From NCBI GenBank assembly GCA_050304755.1, contig JBNLED010000113.1, positions 4,376 through 68,375 of the forward strand: a stretch of DNA of 64,000 nt, in the 5' to 3' direction. Source of the DNA: Polyangia bacterium. Its GTDB lineage: Bacteria; Myxococcota_A; Polyangia; JAAYKL01. A program made the position numbers and the translations under genes. Positions 29,270 to 40,789 of the stretch are shown here, piece after piece. Under the pieces are notes generated by a model. The model was not told the origin of the DNA. It did not search any database and saw only the letters and a list, made by a program, of their open reading frames with translations. Every line of letters starts with the position of its first letter. The first letter of the stretch is position 1.

Positions 29270-30778
29270 CTACAGTGTAAAAGTGTACTTGACAGTGACA
29301 TCCCTCGAGGATTGGGGAAAGCGCGCGGACCGGACCGCGTCGGTGGCGCATCGGCCGATCTTGCTCCCGGCGAGCGCCCCGGTGGCGAAGGCCTTGGACA
29401 CCCGACCGTTTCGGGCGATGGTGACGGCCATGACGATGGCGCCCTCCCCTTGACCGCAGCGCTTCACCTGATCGGCCACCCGGCGCATTCCCGATTGGAC
29501 GTCCGCCCGTGTCAGCGGCCCTTCCTTTCCGTCCGCCGTTTCTTTTTTCGACGGGGCGCGCTTCATGGGGGAGGATGCTACGGGCGACTTTTCCGACGAC
29601 GCCTTGGCGCGAATCCCCAGCAGGGCGTCCAGATCATCGATCGCCTGGACTTTCACCGGTGCCGGTTTCGGGTCCGGCGGGGGAGCGTTTCGAGACGGGC
29701 GGCCGCCTCTGCGGCTTTGGTGACAGGGGCGTGTGCCGTCCGGTCCGCCCGCCTTCGCGCAGGCAAGGCCGCTTTTCGACTCGGCGCCACGGCCTCCTTC
29801 GAGCGAGGGGTCCGCGTCGATGCTCGAATCGTCCTCGGTTGCGTCGCGGTCATTCCGGGCCGCCCGAACCAGGGCGAGCTCCCGGCGGGTCTCCTCGAGC
29901 TCCTTTCTCAGCTGGTAGACGGGCTCGGGGGTCGACTCGGCGAGCAGCGTGACCAATTGGTCGTATCGGTTCTGGAGCTCCAGGATCTGCCGCGCCGCCA
30001 GCGCCTCCGACTCGTCGTCGGCGTTCGATTCGAGAAGAAAAATCGCTCCGACAGCGACGGACACCGCGACGGCGAGCCCCGCCCCGACGAGCCCCCACCG
30101 CCGTCCGTTCGAGAGCGGCGCGACGCTCGGCAGCAGCGGCCCAGACCACCATTCCGAATCCACCGGGGGCGGTTTCACCGGCGGCGGCGGCGTGCTGGAG
30201 GTGAGCGCGTGGATGTCCGACATGGCGTCGGCGACCTCGTCCTCTATTTTGTACGGGCTGGTCGAGAGGTGCTGGCGCATGATGTTCTGGCCGACCATGG
30301 AAAACAGGACAGAGTCTTCGTTCCGCCGCGCCGCGGCCGAAGGAGGCGCCCCGCCCGACCGGCGGGGGGGCGATTTCGATGCGACACCGACATCGAAACT
30401 GATGAGCTCCCCCATATCATCGTCGAGGTCGTACTGATCGAGGTCAACATACAATTTCAGGTCTTCGTCGGCCTCGTCCGATGATGCGCTCTTCCGATCC
30501 ATCCGCCGCCCCTCCTTCTCCGAGCGATCGGACAGTCCGTCCGTACGGGAATTCCGTCTACTGCTCATCGCGCTGGCCACTTCATCGAGCACCTCTCTTT
30601 GCTGTTCGGGTGCAAGCGCCCTGTTCAAATCGATGAGGTTCTCGGAACCGCCCGTTTCGCCCTTTCCCATATCAGAATGACGGCTCATTCCCGCCATACC
30701 GGATGTTTTCAGATGGTCCTCACTCATCTCTTGTATCGATTTTTCAGCCCCTGCATTTCCCTTATTATGGCTAGTCAA
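29270..30778 (-). CDS. Single-pass membrane protein with a C-terminal AgmX/TonB-C-like domain
   Basis: The transmembrane segment is WGLVGAGLAVAVSVAVGAIFLL. A Pro-rich linker (PPPDPKPAPVKV) follows. The C-terminal approximately 90 aa (GAIVMAVTIARNGRVSKAFATG...VTVKYTFTL) resembles the TonB/AgmX C-terminal fold. Confidence 0.5.
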   Translation of the reverse strand: MTSHNKGNAGAEKSIQEMSEDHLKTSGMAGMSRHSDMGKGETGGSENLIDLNRALAPEQQREVLDEVASAMSSRRNSRTDGLSDRSEKEGRRMDRKSASSDEADEDLKLYVDLDQYDLDDDMGELISFDVGVASKSPPRRSGGAPPSAAARRNEDSVLFSMVGQNIMRQHLSTSPYKIEDEVADAMSDIHALTSSTPPPPVKPPPVDSEWWSGPLLPSVAPLSNGRRWGLVGAGLAVAVSVAVGAIFLLESNADDESEALAARQILELQNRYDQLVTLLAESTPEPVYQLRKELEETRRELALVRAARNDRDATEDDSSIDADPSLEGGRGAESKSGLACAKAGGPDGTRPCHQSRRGGRPSRNAPPPDPKPAPVKVQAIDDLDALLGIRAKASSEKSPVASSPMKRAPSKKETADGKEGPLTRADVQSGMRRVADQVKRCGQGEGAIVMAVTIARNGRVSKAFATGALAGSKIGRCATDAVRSARFPQSSRDVTVKYTFTL

Positions 30779-31002
30779 TCGACCTTGGTTAACAGATCAG
30801 ATTTTTTGGACCGTTCACGAGAGGTATTTATCGATTTGATGGGAAATCGAACGATTCAATCGGCTTATGGCGAACGCGATGTTTTCGTCCGGCCATAGGG
30901 AGGAGGAGGAGCGCGTTTGTCGAGAGTGAAAACGATACGTCTTCGCTGGAATCCCGCTTGTTCTCTGGGCGCGGACGGGCGGGAGCGCTCCCTGTTTCCG
31001 TT

Positions 31003-31034
31003 TTGATGAAGGCAGCGGCAAATTAGTATACAAT
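31003..31034 (+). promoter_or_regulatory. Candidate sigma70-type promoter TTGATG-N18-TATACAAT upstream of the kinase gene
   Basis: The motif was read directly from the intergenic sequence. It lies about 55 nt upstream of the GTG start at 31089. Confidence 0.3.
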
Positions 31035-31088
31035 ATCGGAGGTCACGGCATCGATGAGGCCGGTGACAGAGAAAAGGCGGGAGCCGCG

Positions 31089-32756
31089 GTGAAACAGAAG
31101 ACGATCACCCATTCGTGCGTACAGGAGACGGTCCCCCGGCGACCGCCCGACGGCGGGTTCCGATCCGAGCTCTCCTCCGGCATGATCATCGATGAACGCT
31201 ATGAGCTCATCGACTCCCTCGGCCAGGGGGGGATGTCGGAGGTCTTCTCCGCGATGCACCTCACCCTCCGGGAGCCCCGGGCCCTCAAAGTGCTCCCCCA
31301 ATCCTGTGGGGACGACGAGCTGGCGGTTGAGCGATTCACCCGGGAGGCCCGCACCACGGTCCGGCTCAAGCACCCGAACATCGTGGAGGTGAGCGACGCG
31401 GGGGTGGATCAGGCGGGGCACCGCTTCATCGTCATGGAGCTCCTCCGGGGCGAGACCCTCGCCAATTGGATGAAGCGCACCCCCGTGGCGGATCGCGGGG
31501 AGGCCTATATCCGGGAGGTGCTGACCCTGCTGCTCGCGGTCTGCGAGGGGGTGACGGCCATCCACACGGAGGGAGTGCTCCATCGGGATCTGAAACCCTC
31601 CAATATCTTTCTCCACCGGGACGAGGAGGGGCACGTATGCCCGAAGATCCTGGACTTCGGCATCGCCCGGGATCTTCGGTTGGGGGAGGACAAGCTCACC
31701 GTCGCGGGCCAGATCACCGGCAGCATCGACTACGTGTCGCCGGAGCAGATGGAGGAGAAGGAGCCTGACTTCCGGGCCGATGTCTATTCCCTCGGGGTCG
31801 TGTTGTACAACGCCCTCACCGGGGCGACCCCCATGGGGGACACCACCCGGGCCATGATCGTGGTGCGCTCCGTCGACCACAACTACCGGATCATTCCGCC
31901 CAGCCGGCACAACGGGCAGGTGCCGCGATACCTGGATCGCATCACCGCCAAGGCCCTCGAGCGGAACCCGGACAAACGCTACGCCACCGTGAAGGAGCTC
32001 GCCGAGGCCATCGCGCCGCTCCCCGTCATGCACCCGGTGGCGCAGGAGCGCGTCGTCCCGAAGCGCCGGCCCCTGGTCTGGGCCGCGGTCACCGCGGTGC
32101 TCCTGGCGGTCACCGCGGGAGGGGGGCATCTGTGGCTCCAGCGGAGGCACGGACCCCGGGCCGCGGTCGGCGCGCCGTTGAAGACCCCTCCGGTCATCGC
32201 GGCGGACGCCCGGTCTCCGGTTTCAAAGACGCCGATCGCCAAGCCGCCGAGCCCGGAGGCGCCGACGCCGGGAGCCGTCTCGCCCCTCCAATCCCCCGTC
32301 GAACAGGAGCCGCCGCGGCGGACGCCGACGGCCCCTCGTCAGCGTCACCGCGCCATGAAGCCCCCATCATCGAAGCGGGACGCGCCGGACGTGGAGGACC
32401 TCGTAAACGAAGGGTACGCCGAGCTCGGGAACACGAACTACCGAACCGCCGCCGCCCTGTTCGAGCAGGCCGTTGATCAGAACCCGAGGGCGGCCCGCGC
32501 CTGGTTCGGCCTGGCCAGGGTCGCCTTTGAGAACCGGGAGTACACGACAGCCCTCGACAAGATCGACCGGGCGATCCGGTATCGGGATCAGGCGCGGTGG
32601 CGGATCTTCCGGGGGGAGATTCTCCTCGCGAAGGGGGACCGGGACGCCGCCGCCGAAGAGTGGCGACGGGTGCTCGACCGCTCCCCGGAGGACTCGCGGG
32701 CTCGGAAGGTGGCCAACAACCACCTCCGGAAAATCGGCGCGTCGTCGGGAGAGTAA
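31089..32756 (+). CDS. Hanks-type Ser/Thr protein kinase with a C-terminal TPR region
   Basis: The kinase motifs are GQGGMSEV (Gly loop), ALKVL, HRDLKPSNIF, DFGIAR and SPEQ. A transmembrane segment is LVWAAVTAVLLAVTAG. The C-terminal TPR-like segment is AAALFEQAVDQNPRAARAWFGLA.... An alternative start lies at 31182. Confidence 0.85.
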   Translation: MKQKTITHSCVQETVPRRPPDGGFRSELSSGMIIDERYELIDSLGQGGMSEVFSAMHLTLREPRALKVLPQSCGDDELAVERFTREARTTVRLKHPNIVEVSDAGVDQAGHRFIVMELLRGETLANWMKRTPVADRGEAYIREVLTLLLAVCEGVTAIHTEGVLHRDLKPSNIFLHRDEEGHVCPKILDFGIARDLRLGEDKLTVAGQITGSIDYVSPEQMEEKEPDFRADVYSLGVVLYNALTGATPMGDTTRAMIVVRSVDHNYRIIPPSRHNGQVPRYLDRITAKALERNPDKRYATVKELAEAIAPLPVMHPVAQERVVPKRRPLVWAAVTAVLLAVTAGGGHLWLQRRHGPRAAVGAPLKTPPVIAADARSPVSKTPIAKPPSPEAPTPGAVSPLQSPVEQEPPRRTPTAPRQRHRAMKPPSSKRDAPDVEDLVNEGYAELGNTNYRTAAALFEQAVDQNPRAARAWFGLARVAFENREYTTALDKIDRAIRYRDQARWRIFRGEILLAKGDRDAAAEEWRRVLDRSPEDSRARKVANNHLRKIGASSGE

Positions 32757-32757
32757 C

Positions 32758-33612
32758 GTGAGGAAGTTTTCTGGAATACTGTGCGCCTTTCTTCCTCTGC
32801 TGCTCGTCAGCGCCCCCGCGGCGGCCGGGGACATGGGGATCTTCATCGGGACCTATCACGACATCTGGGAAGACGACACCAACGAAGAGCGGGCGGACAT
32901 GGTGGCGGAGAGCCTGCTGAGGGCCGCTGGCCGCGCCGGTCTCGCCGCCGTGCTCCGGGAGACGTGCGCGGACAAGATCTGCATGGCGGAGGTGGTGGCG
33001 GGGCCCACCCTGGACTTCGGCGCTGTGGCGGACGTGGAGGCCTCGGATGCAAGCTACGAGATCACCATCGAGCTCTTTCCGGCGGTGAGCGGCGAGCGGT
33101 TCTCGTCATCCGGAGCGTTCGCCGATGTCCTGCAGGAGATCGAGGAGCGGGCCAAGGGGCTGTTCTCCTACATCGCCGCGGAGATGGCGAGAAAGGCGGA
33201 CGCGGCGCAGGAGACCCGCGCCCCCGGCCCGGCCGTCACAGCGGCCCCTCCGCCGTCGAGCTCCCCCGGGAAGGCGCCCCGTCGAAAGCGGATCGCGGCG
33301 CACTACTGGTGGGGCGCCCTGGGCATCACCGCCGCGCTCACGGCGGGCTGGGGCGCGCTCGAGATCACGGTACACCAGCGATACAAGGCCCTCGAGCGGG
33401 GGAGCGGCGACCCGGGCTACTGGCGTCGATCGAAATCGCTGCAGATAGCGGCCCGAGCGCTCTTCACCGCTGCCGCCACCGCCGCCGCGGCGACCTTCGT
33501 GATGTTGTTTCTCACCGACTTCGAGCGCCGGAAAAGAGACCGCAGACAGGTCCGCTGGGCCCCCGCGCCGGTCGAAAACGGCGGTCTCTTCGTTCTGGAA
33601 GGACGCTTCTGA
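32758..33612 (+). CDS. Exported hypothetical protein
   Basis: GTG 32758 immediately follows the kinase stop codon. The signal peptide is MRKFSGILCAFLPLLLVSAPAAAG. A C-terminal transmembrane segment is present. Confidence 0.5.
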   Translation: MRKFSGILCAFLPLLLVSAPAAAGDMGIFIGTYHDIWEDDTNEERADMVAESLLRAAGRAGLAAVLRETCADKICMAEVVAGPTLDFGAVADVEASDASYEITIELFPAVSGERFSSSGAFADVLQEIEERAKGLFSYIAAEMARKADAAQETRAPGPAVTAAPPPSSSPGKAPRRKRIAAHYWWGALGITAALTAGWGALEITVHQRYKALERGSGDPGYWRRSKSLQIAARALFTAAATAAAATFVMLFLTDFERRKRDRRQVRWAPAPVENGGLFVLEGRF

Positions 33613-33785
33613 TGGCCGCCCGGTTTCGATGGCTGCTCGCGGGCGCGTGCGCGCTCTGGTTTTCGGGGTGCGGCACCTTCGGCGATGACTTCGATGACGT
33701 GAGACCGGAGCATCGGGCCGAAGCAACGGACGCTGACGGGATCGACGGGGGCCTCGACGCGGATCGCGACGCCGGCCGGGAGTGA
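33612..33785 (+). CDS. Small lipoprotein (57 aa)
   Basis: The ATG overlaps the upstream stop codon (tgATGg). The N-terminus is MAARFRWLLAGACALWFSGCGTF. Confidence 0.3.
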   Translation: MAARFRWLLAGACALWFSGCGTFGDDFDDVRPEHRAEATDADGIDGGLDADRDAGRE

Positions 33786-33879
33786 CGCGGCATCTCCAGT
33801 TTCCAGAATCGCGAAGGGGAAGACGGGGACCGGACGGAAAGAGCGTGACAACCCCCCGGGAACGGGTAAATATCTGCGG

Positions 33880-34464
33880 ATGTCATTTCGGCCGACAATC
33901 AATATTAGGGTCAACTATTGGATATCGCTGTGCCTCGGGCTGCCGCTCATCGTCCCGCTCCTCGGCTGCGCGGAAGCGGACGGCGCCGATCCCTACGCCC
34001 TCTTCAAGACCTTCGAGCAACAGGATGGCCTGTACCGATTCCGTTATCTCTCCCCCCCCTGGAAGCTACTGGAGGACGACGAAGAAGCCGATCGCCAGCG
34101 CCTGGCCATCGCCCCTGAAGCGGGCGACCGGGACGACGATCCCGACGACGACTCCCTCGACGCCCGGATGGTGATGGTCGTCGAGCGGCTGGAGGTCGGG
34201 ACGGTCCGGGACGCGGTGGCGGCGGATGTGGTCGAGTGGTCGGGGCGGGCGGAGGTCTCTCCGTTTTATACCTTCACGAGCACCAACGGAGCGGTGGGCC
34301 TCAGGATCGAAGCGGTGTTCCCGGATCGACGGTCGGTCTGCATATATCACCGGCTGGCGAACGGCCAGGCGGCCGTGATGCGGGTGACCGCCCGGGAGCG
34401 GTTGGACACGCCGGACATGACGCGCCTCTTCCGGGGATTCGAGCCGATGGGGATGGAACGATGA
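33880..34464 (+). CDS. Lipoprotein of unknown function
   Basis: The N-terminus MSFRPTINIRVNYWISLCLGLPLIVPLLGCAE carries a lipobox. Confidence 0.55.
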   Translation: MSFRPTINIRVNYWISLCLGLPLIVPLLGCAEADGADPYALFKTFEQQDGLYRFRYLSPPWKLLEDDEEADRQRLAIAPEAGDRDDDPDDDSLDARMVMVVERLEVGTVRDAVAADVVEWSGRAEVSPFYTFTSTNGAVGLRIEAVFPDRRSVCIYHRLANGQAAVMRVTARERLDTPDMTRLFRGFEPMGMER

Positions 34465-35432
34465 AGAGCGCGATCTCCCGCATCTGCCCGGCGATCCTGT
34501 TTGTGATGCTGATCGACGAAGGGGTCTCGGCCGAGGGGCGGGTCGTCTGTCCGATCTGCGGCGAGACCTTCGAAGACACAACGGAGGAGTGTCCGAATGA
34601 CGGCGCCAATCTCAAGATCGTCGGGGTCCCCGCCGAGACGGACGATACCGAGACGCCTTCGGAAGACTCCGACGAGGAGGCCTCAGGGGAAAGCCGGCGG
34701 CATCCCATCAAGTACAAACGGCACGACAAGGGCGGTGAACGTCAGCCCGCGGAGCGTCCCGAGAGCGGATACTCCGATCGGATCAGCCGCATCCCCGGAG
34801 ACAAGCGATACGCCGCGGAGCCGAAGTCGGCGCCCTCGGCCACCGGGGAGTCGCCGGAGCCCTTTCAGACGGCGCGGGACGAGGAAATCCGTTCGAGGTT
34901 CGAGGACCGGAGACAGGCGTTGATGAGGCAACGACGGGTCGAGACCGAGAGACGGGGGCGAGGGAAGAAAGGGCCGCCCCGCCCCCTGGACAGCATGGGC
35001 GCCCCCCTCACCTCTCTCGGATTTCGGATATTCTGGATGGCCGAAGGGAACGATCCGGGGCCGGTGGGGGCGGCCGAAATCGACATCAATCTCCAGAAAA
35101 ACAGGTTTCGAGCCGGCGTTTCGGCCCTGCTCGGAATGCGCGATTTGGAGGACCGAAACGAATTGCTGTTTCTAGGAAACATCGTCGCAGGCATTCAGTT
35201 TCCGAAACGTTTTTCGCCCCACATTCTGGTAAAAGGCGGCCTCGGATGGTCGAAAACGGAACGATTCTCCACGGACCAGCTCTATCTGGTCACCTCTCTC
35301 GGAGCGGAAGTCGGGGTGGACGCGTGGGTCACCCGGTGGATCGCCGTCTCCCCCAGCATGGGGTACATGCGATGCACCATGGGTGACGCCTACTGGCACA
35401 GCTTCACGGGAAAATTATCCATCGGATTCTGA
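34461..35432 (+). CDS. Exported protein with an acidic linker and a C-terminal beta-rich domain
   Basis: The start ATG overlaps the upstream stop codon in an ATGA arrangement. The signal peptide is MKSAISRICPAILFVMLIDEGVSA. Confidence 0.5.
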   Translation: MKSAISRICPAILFVMLIDEGVSAEGRVVCPICGETFEDTTEECPNDGANLKIVGVPAETDDTETPSEDSDEEASGESRRHPIKYKRHDKGGERQPAERPESGYSDRISRIPGDKRYAAEPKSAPSATGESPEPFQTARDEEIRSRFEDRRQALMRQRRVETERRGRGKKGPPRPLDSMGAPLTSLGFRIFWMAEGNDPGPVGAAEIDINLQKNRFRAGVSALLGMRDLEDRNELLFLGNIVAGIQFPKRFSPHILVKGGLGWSKTERFSTDQLYLVTSLGAEVGVDAWVTRWIAVSPSMGYMRCTMGDAYWHSFTGKLSIGF

Positions 35433-35518
35433 CACTTTCGTGTGGCTCCTTTTTAATCATGTAAATTCAAATAGATACAGTTATTCTAATTAGAGTATTA
35501 GAATTCTAGACGAAAAAC

Positions 35519-35546
35519 TTGACAGAAGCCATCAATCCCCTATATT
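35519..35546 (+). promoter_or_regulatory. Near-consensus sigma70 promoter TTGACA-N16-TATATT, about 125 nt upstream of dnaG; inverted repeat TTCTAA-N8-TTAGAA at 35484-35503
   Basis: The motifs were read directly from the sequence. The interval is AT-rich. Confidence 0.35.
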
Positions 35547-35671
35547 TCAGCGGTTTCTTTCGAGGAGGTGCGGTGCTCACTCTCTTAATATCCGAAAGCA
35601 CAGAGAAAAATATACGCGAATTGGGGCGATGGGGAAATCGCGTTTTCTTCAAAACGGTTTGAGGGTAGAAT

Positions 35672-37441
35672 TTGATTCCCGATTCGAAGATCGCCGAAAT
35701 TAGGGAGCGAGCAGATATCGCGGAGATTATTGGCGAATACGTCACACTCCGCCGTGCCGGCGCCAACCTGAAGGGGGTCTGCCCGTTCCACGCCGACTCG
35801 GACCCGTCATTCAATGTCAACCCCGCCCGGCAGTTCTTCCACTGCTTCGGGTGCAGCGTTTCGGGGGATGTCTTCAGCTTCGTTACCCGTATCGAGGGCA
35901 TCGATTTCTATGAGGCCGTCCGTCGGCTGGCGGGCCGCTACGGGGTCTCCCTGCCGACCCCTCAGGTTTCGGACAAGGCGCGGACCCAGGCCGAAAAGGC
36001 GAACCAGGCCCGGAAGCGTCGATACTACATCCTGGAGGAGGCGGCCGCCTTCTTCGAGGCGAGCCTCAAAACGCCGCAGGGGGCGATCGCCCGGGAGGCC
36101 CTCGAAAAACGCGGGGTGGATGACGAAACCGCGGCCCGGTTCCGCCTCGGATACGCGCCGGACGCCTGGTCCGGGCTCATCGATTTCTTTCAACGAAAAC
36201 AAGTATCTCCGAGGGAGCTGGAGACGGTGGGACTGGCGCTGCCGAGGAAGAGCGGCAGTGGCTACTACGACCGGTTCAGGAACCGGCTGATGTTCACCGT
36301 CACCGATCCCACGGGGCGGCCCATCGCCTTCTCCGGACGGGCGCTGAGCCCGGAGGACGCGGAGCGGGGGGCCAAGTACATCAACTCCCCCGAGACCGAG
36401 GAGTACAAGAAGGGGCAGGTGCTCTATGGGCTCCACCAGGCGCGGGTGCCGCTCAGCAAGAGCGGCGTGGCCATCCTCGTAGAGGGCAACTTCGACGTGG
36501 TCTCCCTCTCCGGCGCGGGAATCGAGAACGTGGTCGCCCCCCTCGGAACCGCCCTCACCGCGGAGCAGTCCATGCTGCTGCGGCGGCGGGTGGAGAGCGC
36601 GGTGGTGATGTTCGACGGCGACAACGCGGGAAGAAAGGCCGCGGCTCGCGCGTTTCAGGTGCTGGCGAAGGCCTCCCTCGCCAGCTATACGGCGCCGTTG
36701 CCGGCGGGAGAGGATCCGGACAGCCTGGTGCGCAGCATCGGGCGGGAGGGGGTTGAAAGAATAATCTCGGGGAAGGTCGGCCTATTGGACCAGATTATTT
36801 CAGATACCGTCGCGGCATGTGACGGCAGCGCCCAGGACAGGGCCCGTCGCATCGAGAAGCTCAAGCCCTTCATCGACGCATTGACCTCCATGGTCGAAAA
36901 GGATCTCTATCGAGGGAAGATCGCGGAGGCTTTCGGCGTGGAAAACCGCGTTGTCTTCAGAGCCCTGAGCGGGAGTCGGCCATCCGACACCCCCCCGTCG
37001 GAGCACCTCAAGAGGGATCTGCCGGGCAAATCGGAGGAGCGAGAGCTCATCGGCCTGCTCCTCGATTTTCCGACCTTACTGGAACGAGTACAGAACGAGG
37101 GGATCGTCCGGCTCATCTCCACCCCCCCGATCAAGCGGGCGGTGGAGCGGATGGTGGCGCTCTCGGAAACCCGCGCGGCGTCCGTGTCCGATCTCATCGA
37201 GGCGGCGGAAGACGCCGTCACCGGCGCGTGGATCGCGGAGCGGGCGTTGGTCTGCCATTACGAGGACGAGGAAAAAGCCCTCCAGGCGTTCTCAGAGACA
37301 GCAGTGAAGCTGACCCAGAAACCGATAAAGGAGCAAATCCGGGAGCTGGACCAGCAGATACGGCTGGCCAGCTCCAACGGCGATGACAACCGTGTCCTCG
37401 AATTGTCCAGAAAAAAAGCTGATCTTCGGGGGTTATATTGA
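35672..37441 (+). CDS. dnaG: DNA primase
   Basis: The start is TTG with a GAGGG ribosome-binding site. The zinc ribbon is CPFHADSDPSFNVNPARQFFHCFGC. The TOPRIM region is ILVEGNFDVVSL and MFDGDNAGRKA. Confidence 0.9.
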   Translation: MIPDSKIAEIRERADIAEIIGEYVTLRRAGANLKGVCPFHADSDPSFNVNPARQFFHCFGCSVSGDVFSFVTRIEGIDFYEAVRRLAGRYGVSLPTPQVSDKARTQAEKANQARKRRYYILEEAAAFFEASLKTPQGAIAREALEKRGVDDETAARFRLGYAPDAWSGLIDFFQRKQVSPRELETVGLALPRKSGSGYYDRFRNRLMFTVTDPTGRPIAFSGRALSPEDAERGAKYINSPETEEYKKGQVLYGLHQARVPLSKSGVAILVEGNFDVVSLSGAGIENVVAPLGTALTAEQSMLLRRRVESAVVMFDGDNAGRKAAARAFQVLAKASLASYTAPLPAGEDPDSLVRSIGREGVERIISGKVGLLDQIISDTVAACDGSAQDRARRIEKLKPFIDALTSMVEKDLYRGKIAEAFGVENRVVFRALSGSRPSDTPPSEHLKRDLPGKSEERELIGLLLDFPTLLERVQNEGIVRLISTPPIKRAVERMVALSETRAASVSDLIEAAEDAVTGAWIAERALVCHYEDEEKALQAFSETAVKLTQKPIKEQIRELDQQIRLASSNGDDNRVLELSRKKADLRGLY

Positions 37442-37503
37442 TATTCGAGCCAAATATTTGACCGAGGCGCGTCCTCGGACTAGACCAAGCAAGAGGCTTG
37501 TGA

Positions 37504-39351
<1,848 letters not shown>

Positions 39352-39355
39352 GCCA

Positions 39356-40759
39356 ATGACACTCTCAGACGAACACTTTCACGACGAATGCGGGGTATTC
39401 GCCATCGTGGGGAACCCCGAAGCCTCAAATCTCGCCTATCTCGGGCTCCACGGGCTGCAGCACCGCGGCCAGGAGAGCGCCGGGATGGTCACCTCCGACG
39501 GCAGCCGGCTCCACGCCTACCGGCGGATGGGGCTCGTGGGGGACATCTTCTCCCCCGAGGTCCTCGGCCGGCTTCCGGGAGACCGGGCCATCGGCCACGT
39601 GCGCTACTCCACCGCCGGCGGGACGGAGCTCTACAACGCCCAGCCGTTCATCGTCCACTTCGGCAAGGGGTCCATCGCGGTGGCCCACAACGGCAACCTG
39701 ACCAACGCCATCATGCTCCGGGAGGAGATGGAGCGGCTCGGCGCCATCTTCCAGTCCACTACCGACACCGAGGTGCTCGTGCACCTCATCGCCCGCTCCG
39801 GGGCCAACATGATGGACGCCATCAGCTACGCCCTCTACCGGGCCCACGGATCGTACTCCATCCTCTTCATGACCGAGAAGCTCCTCGTGGCGGCGCGGGA
39901 TCCCTACGGCATCCGGCCCCTCTGCCTGGGCCGGCTCGGGGACGGCTGGGTGCTCTCGTCGGAGTCGGTGGCGTTCGATCTCATCGGCGCGACCTTCGAG
40001 CGGGACGTGGTCCCCGGAGAATTCCTGGTATTCAAGGAGAACGGGGAGCCGGAGAGTCTCCGTCCCTTCCCCGAGCGCCCCTGCCGCGTCTGCCTGTTCG
40101 AGTACGTCTACTTCGCGCGGCCGGACAGCATCATCGACGGGCGCTCTGTCTACCACTCGCGCAAGGAGATGGGCCGCATCCTGGCGGAGGAGTCCAAGGT
40201 GGAGGCGGATATCGTCATCGCGGTGCCGGACTCGGGGACCGCGGCCGCCCTGGGGTTTGCGGAGGCCGCCGGGATCCCCTTCGAGCTGGGGCTCATCCGG
40301 AGCCACTACGTGGGCCGAACCTTCATCGAGCCCAAGCAGTCCATCCGCAACTTCGGCGTCCTCCTCAAGCTGAACCCCTCCCAATCCGTGCTGAACAACA
40401 AGCGGGTGGTGGTGGTGGACGACTCGCTGGTCCGGGGCACCACGTCGCGGAAGATCGTCGAGAACCTCCGGCGAGCCGGCGCACGGGAGGTGCACTTCCG
40501 CGTCAGCTCCCCCCCCATCAAGCACTCCTGCCGTTACGGCATCGACACCCCCACGGATGAGGAGCTCATCGCCAACACCACGTCCGTCGAGGAGATCAAG
40601 GATATCATCGGCGTCGATTCCCTGGCCTACCTCTCCCAGGACGGGCTCAAGCGCGCGGTGGGGGGCGACGGCTTCTGCACCGCCTGCTTCGACGGCGACT
40701 ACCCCATCGACTTCCCCGATCAGGGGCGAAAGCTCCAGCTCCGGTTCGAGGGGCTGTAA
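39356..40759 (+). CDS. purF: Amidophosphoribosyltransferase
   Basis: The N-terminal nucleophile Cys motif is [19 protein letters not shown]. The PRT motif is [19 protein letters not shown]. The C-terminal segment is Cys-rich. The gene starts 4 nt after the rpoD stop codon. Confidence 0.88.
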   Translation: MTLSDEHFHDECGVFAIVGNPEASNLAYLGLHGLQHRGQESAGMVTSDGSRLHAYRRMGLVGDIFSPEVLGRLPGDRAIGHVRYSTAGGTELYNAQPFIVHFGKGSIAVAHNGNLTNAIMLREEMERLGAIFQSTTDTEVLVHLIARSGANMMDAISYALYRAHGSYSILFMTEKLLVAARDPYGIRPLCLGRLGDGWVLSSESVAFDLIGATFERDVVPGEFLVFKENGEPESLRPFPERPCRVCLFEYVYFARPDSIIDGRSVYHSRKEMGRILAEESKVEADIVIAVPDSGTAAALGFAEAAGIPFELGLIRSHYVGRTFIEPKQSIRNFGVLLKLNPSQSVLNNKRVVVVDDSLVRGTTSRKIVENLRRAGAREVHFRVSSPPIKHSCRYGIDTPTDEELIANTTSVEEIKDIIGVDSLAYLSQDGLKRAVGGDGFCTACFDGDYPIDFPDQGRKLQLRFEGL

Positions 40760-40776
40760 GACTTCCTTTTAAGTCT
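40759..40776. terminator. Short hairpin AGACTT-cctttt-AAGTCT between the convergent purF and alcohol dehydrogenase genes
   Basis: A 6-bp inverted repeat overlaps the purF stop codon. The stem is weak. Confidence 0.2.
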
Positions 40777-40789
40777 GTTCGAAGGGGTC

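Noticed and set aside
29175-30484. Plus-strand ORFs 29198-30484 (428 aa) and neighbouring ORFs
   Set aside because: They lie antisense to the membrane protein with the TonB/AgmX-like C-terminus. They are Arg-rich with no ribosome-binding site.
31023-32150. A 375-aa minus-strand ORF overlapping the kinase gene and promoter region
   Set aside because: It lies antisense to a kinase with all Hanks motifs and is Arg/Gly/Pro-rich.
39425-40525. A 366-aa minus-strand ORF inside purF
   Set aside because: It lies antisense to a well-conserved purF reading frame.
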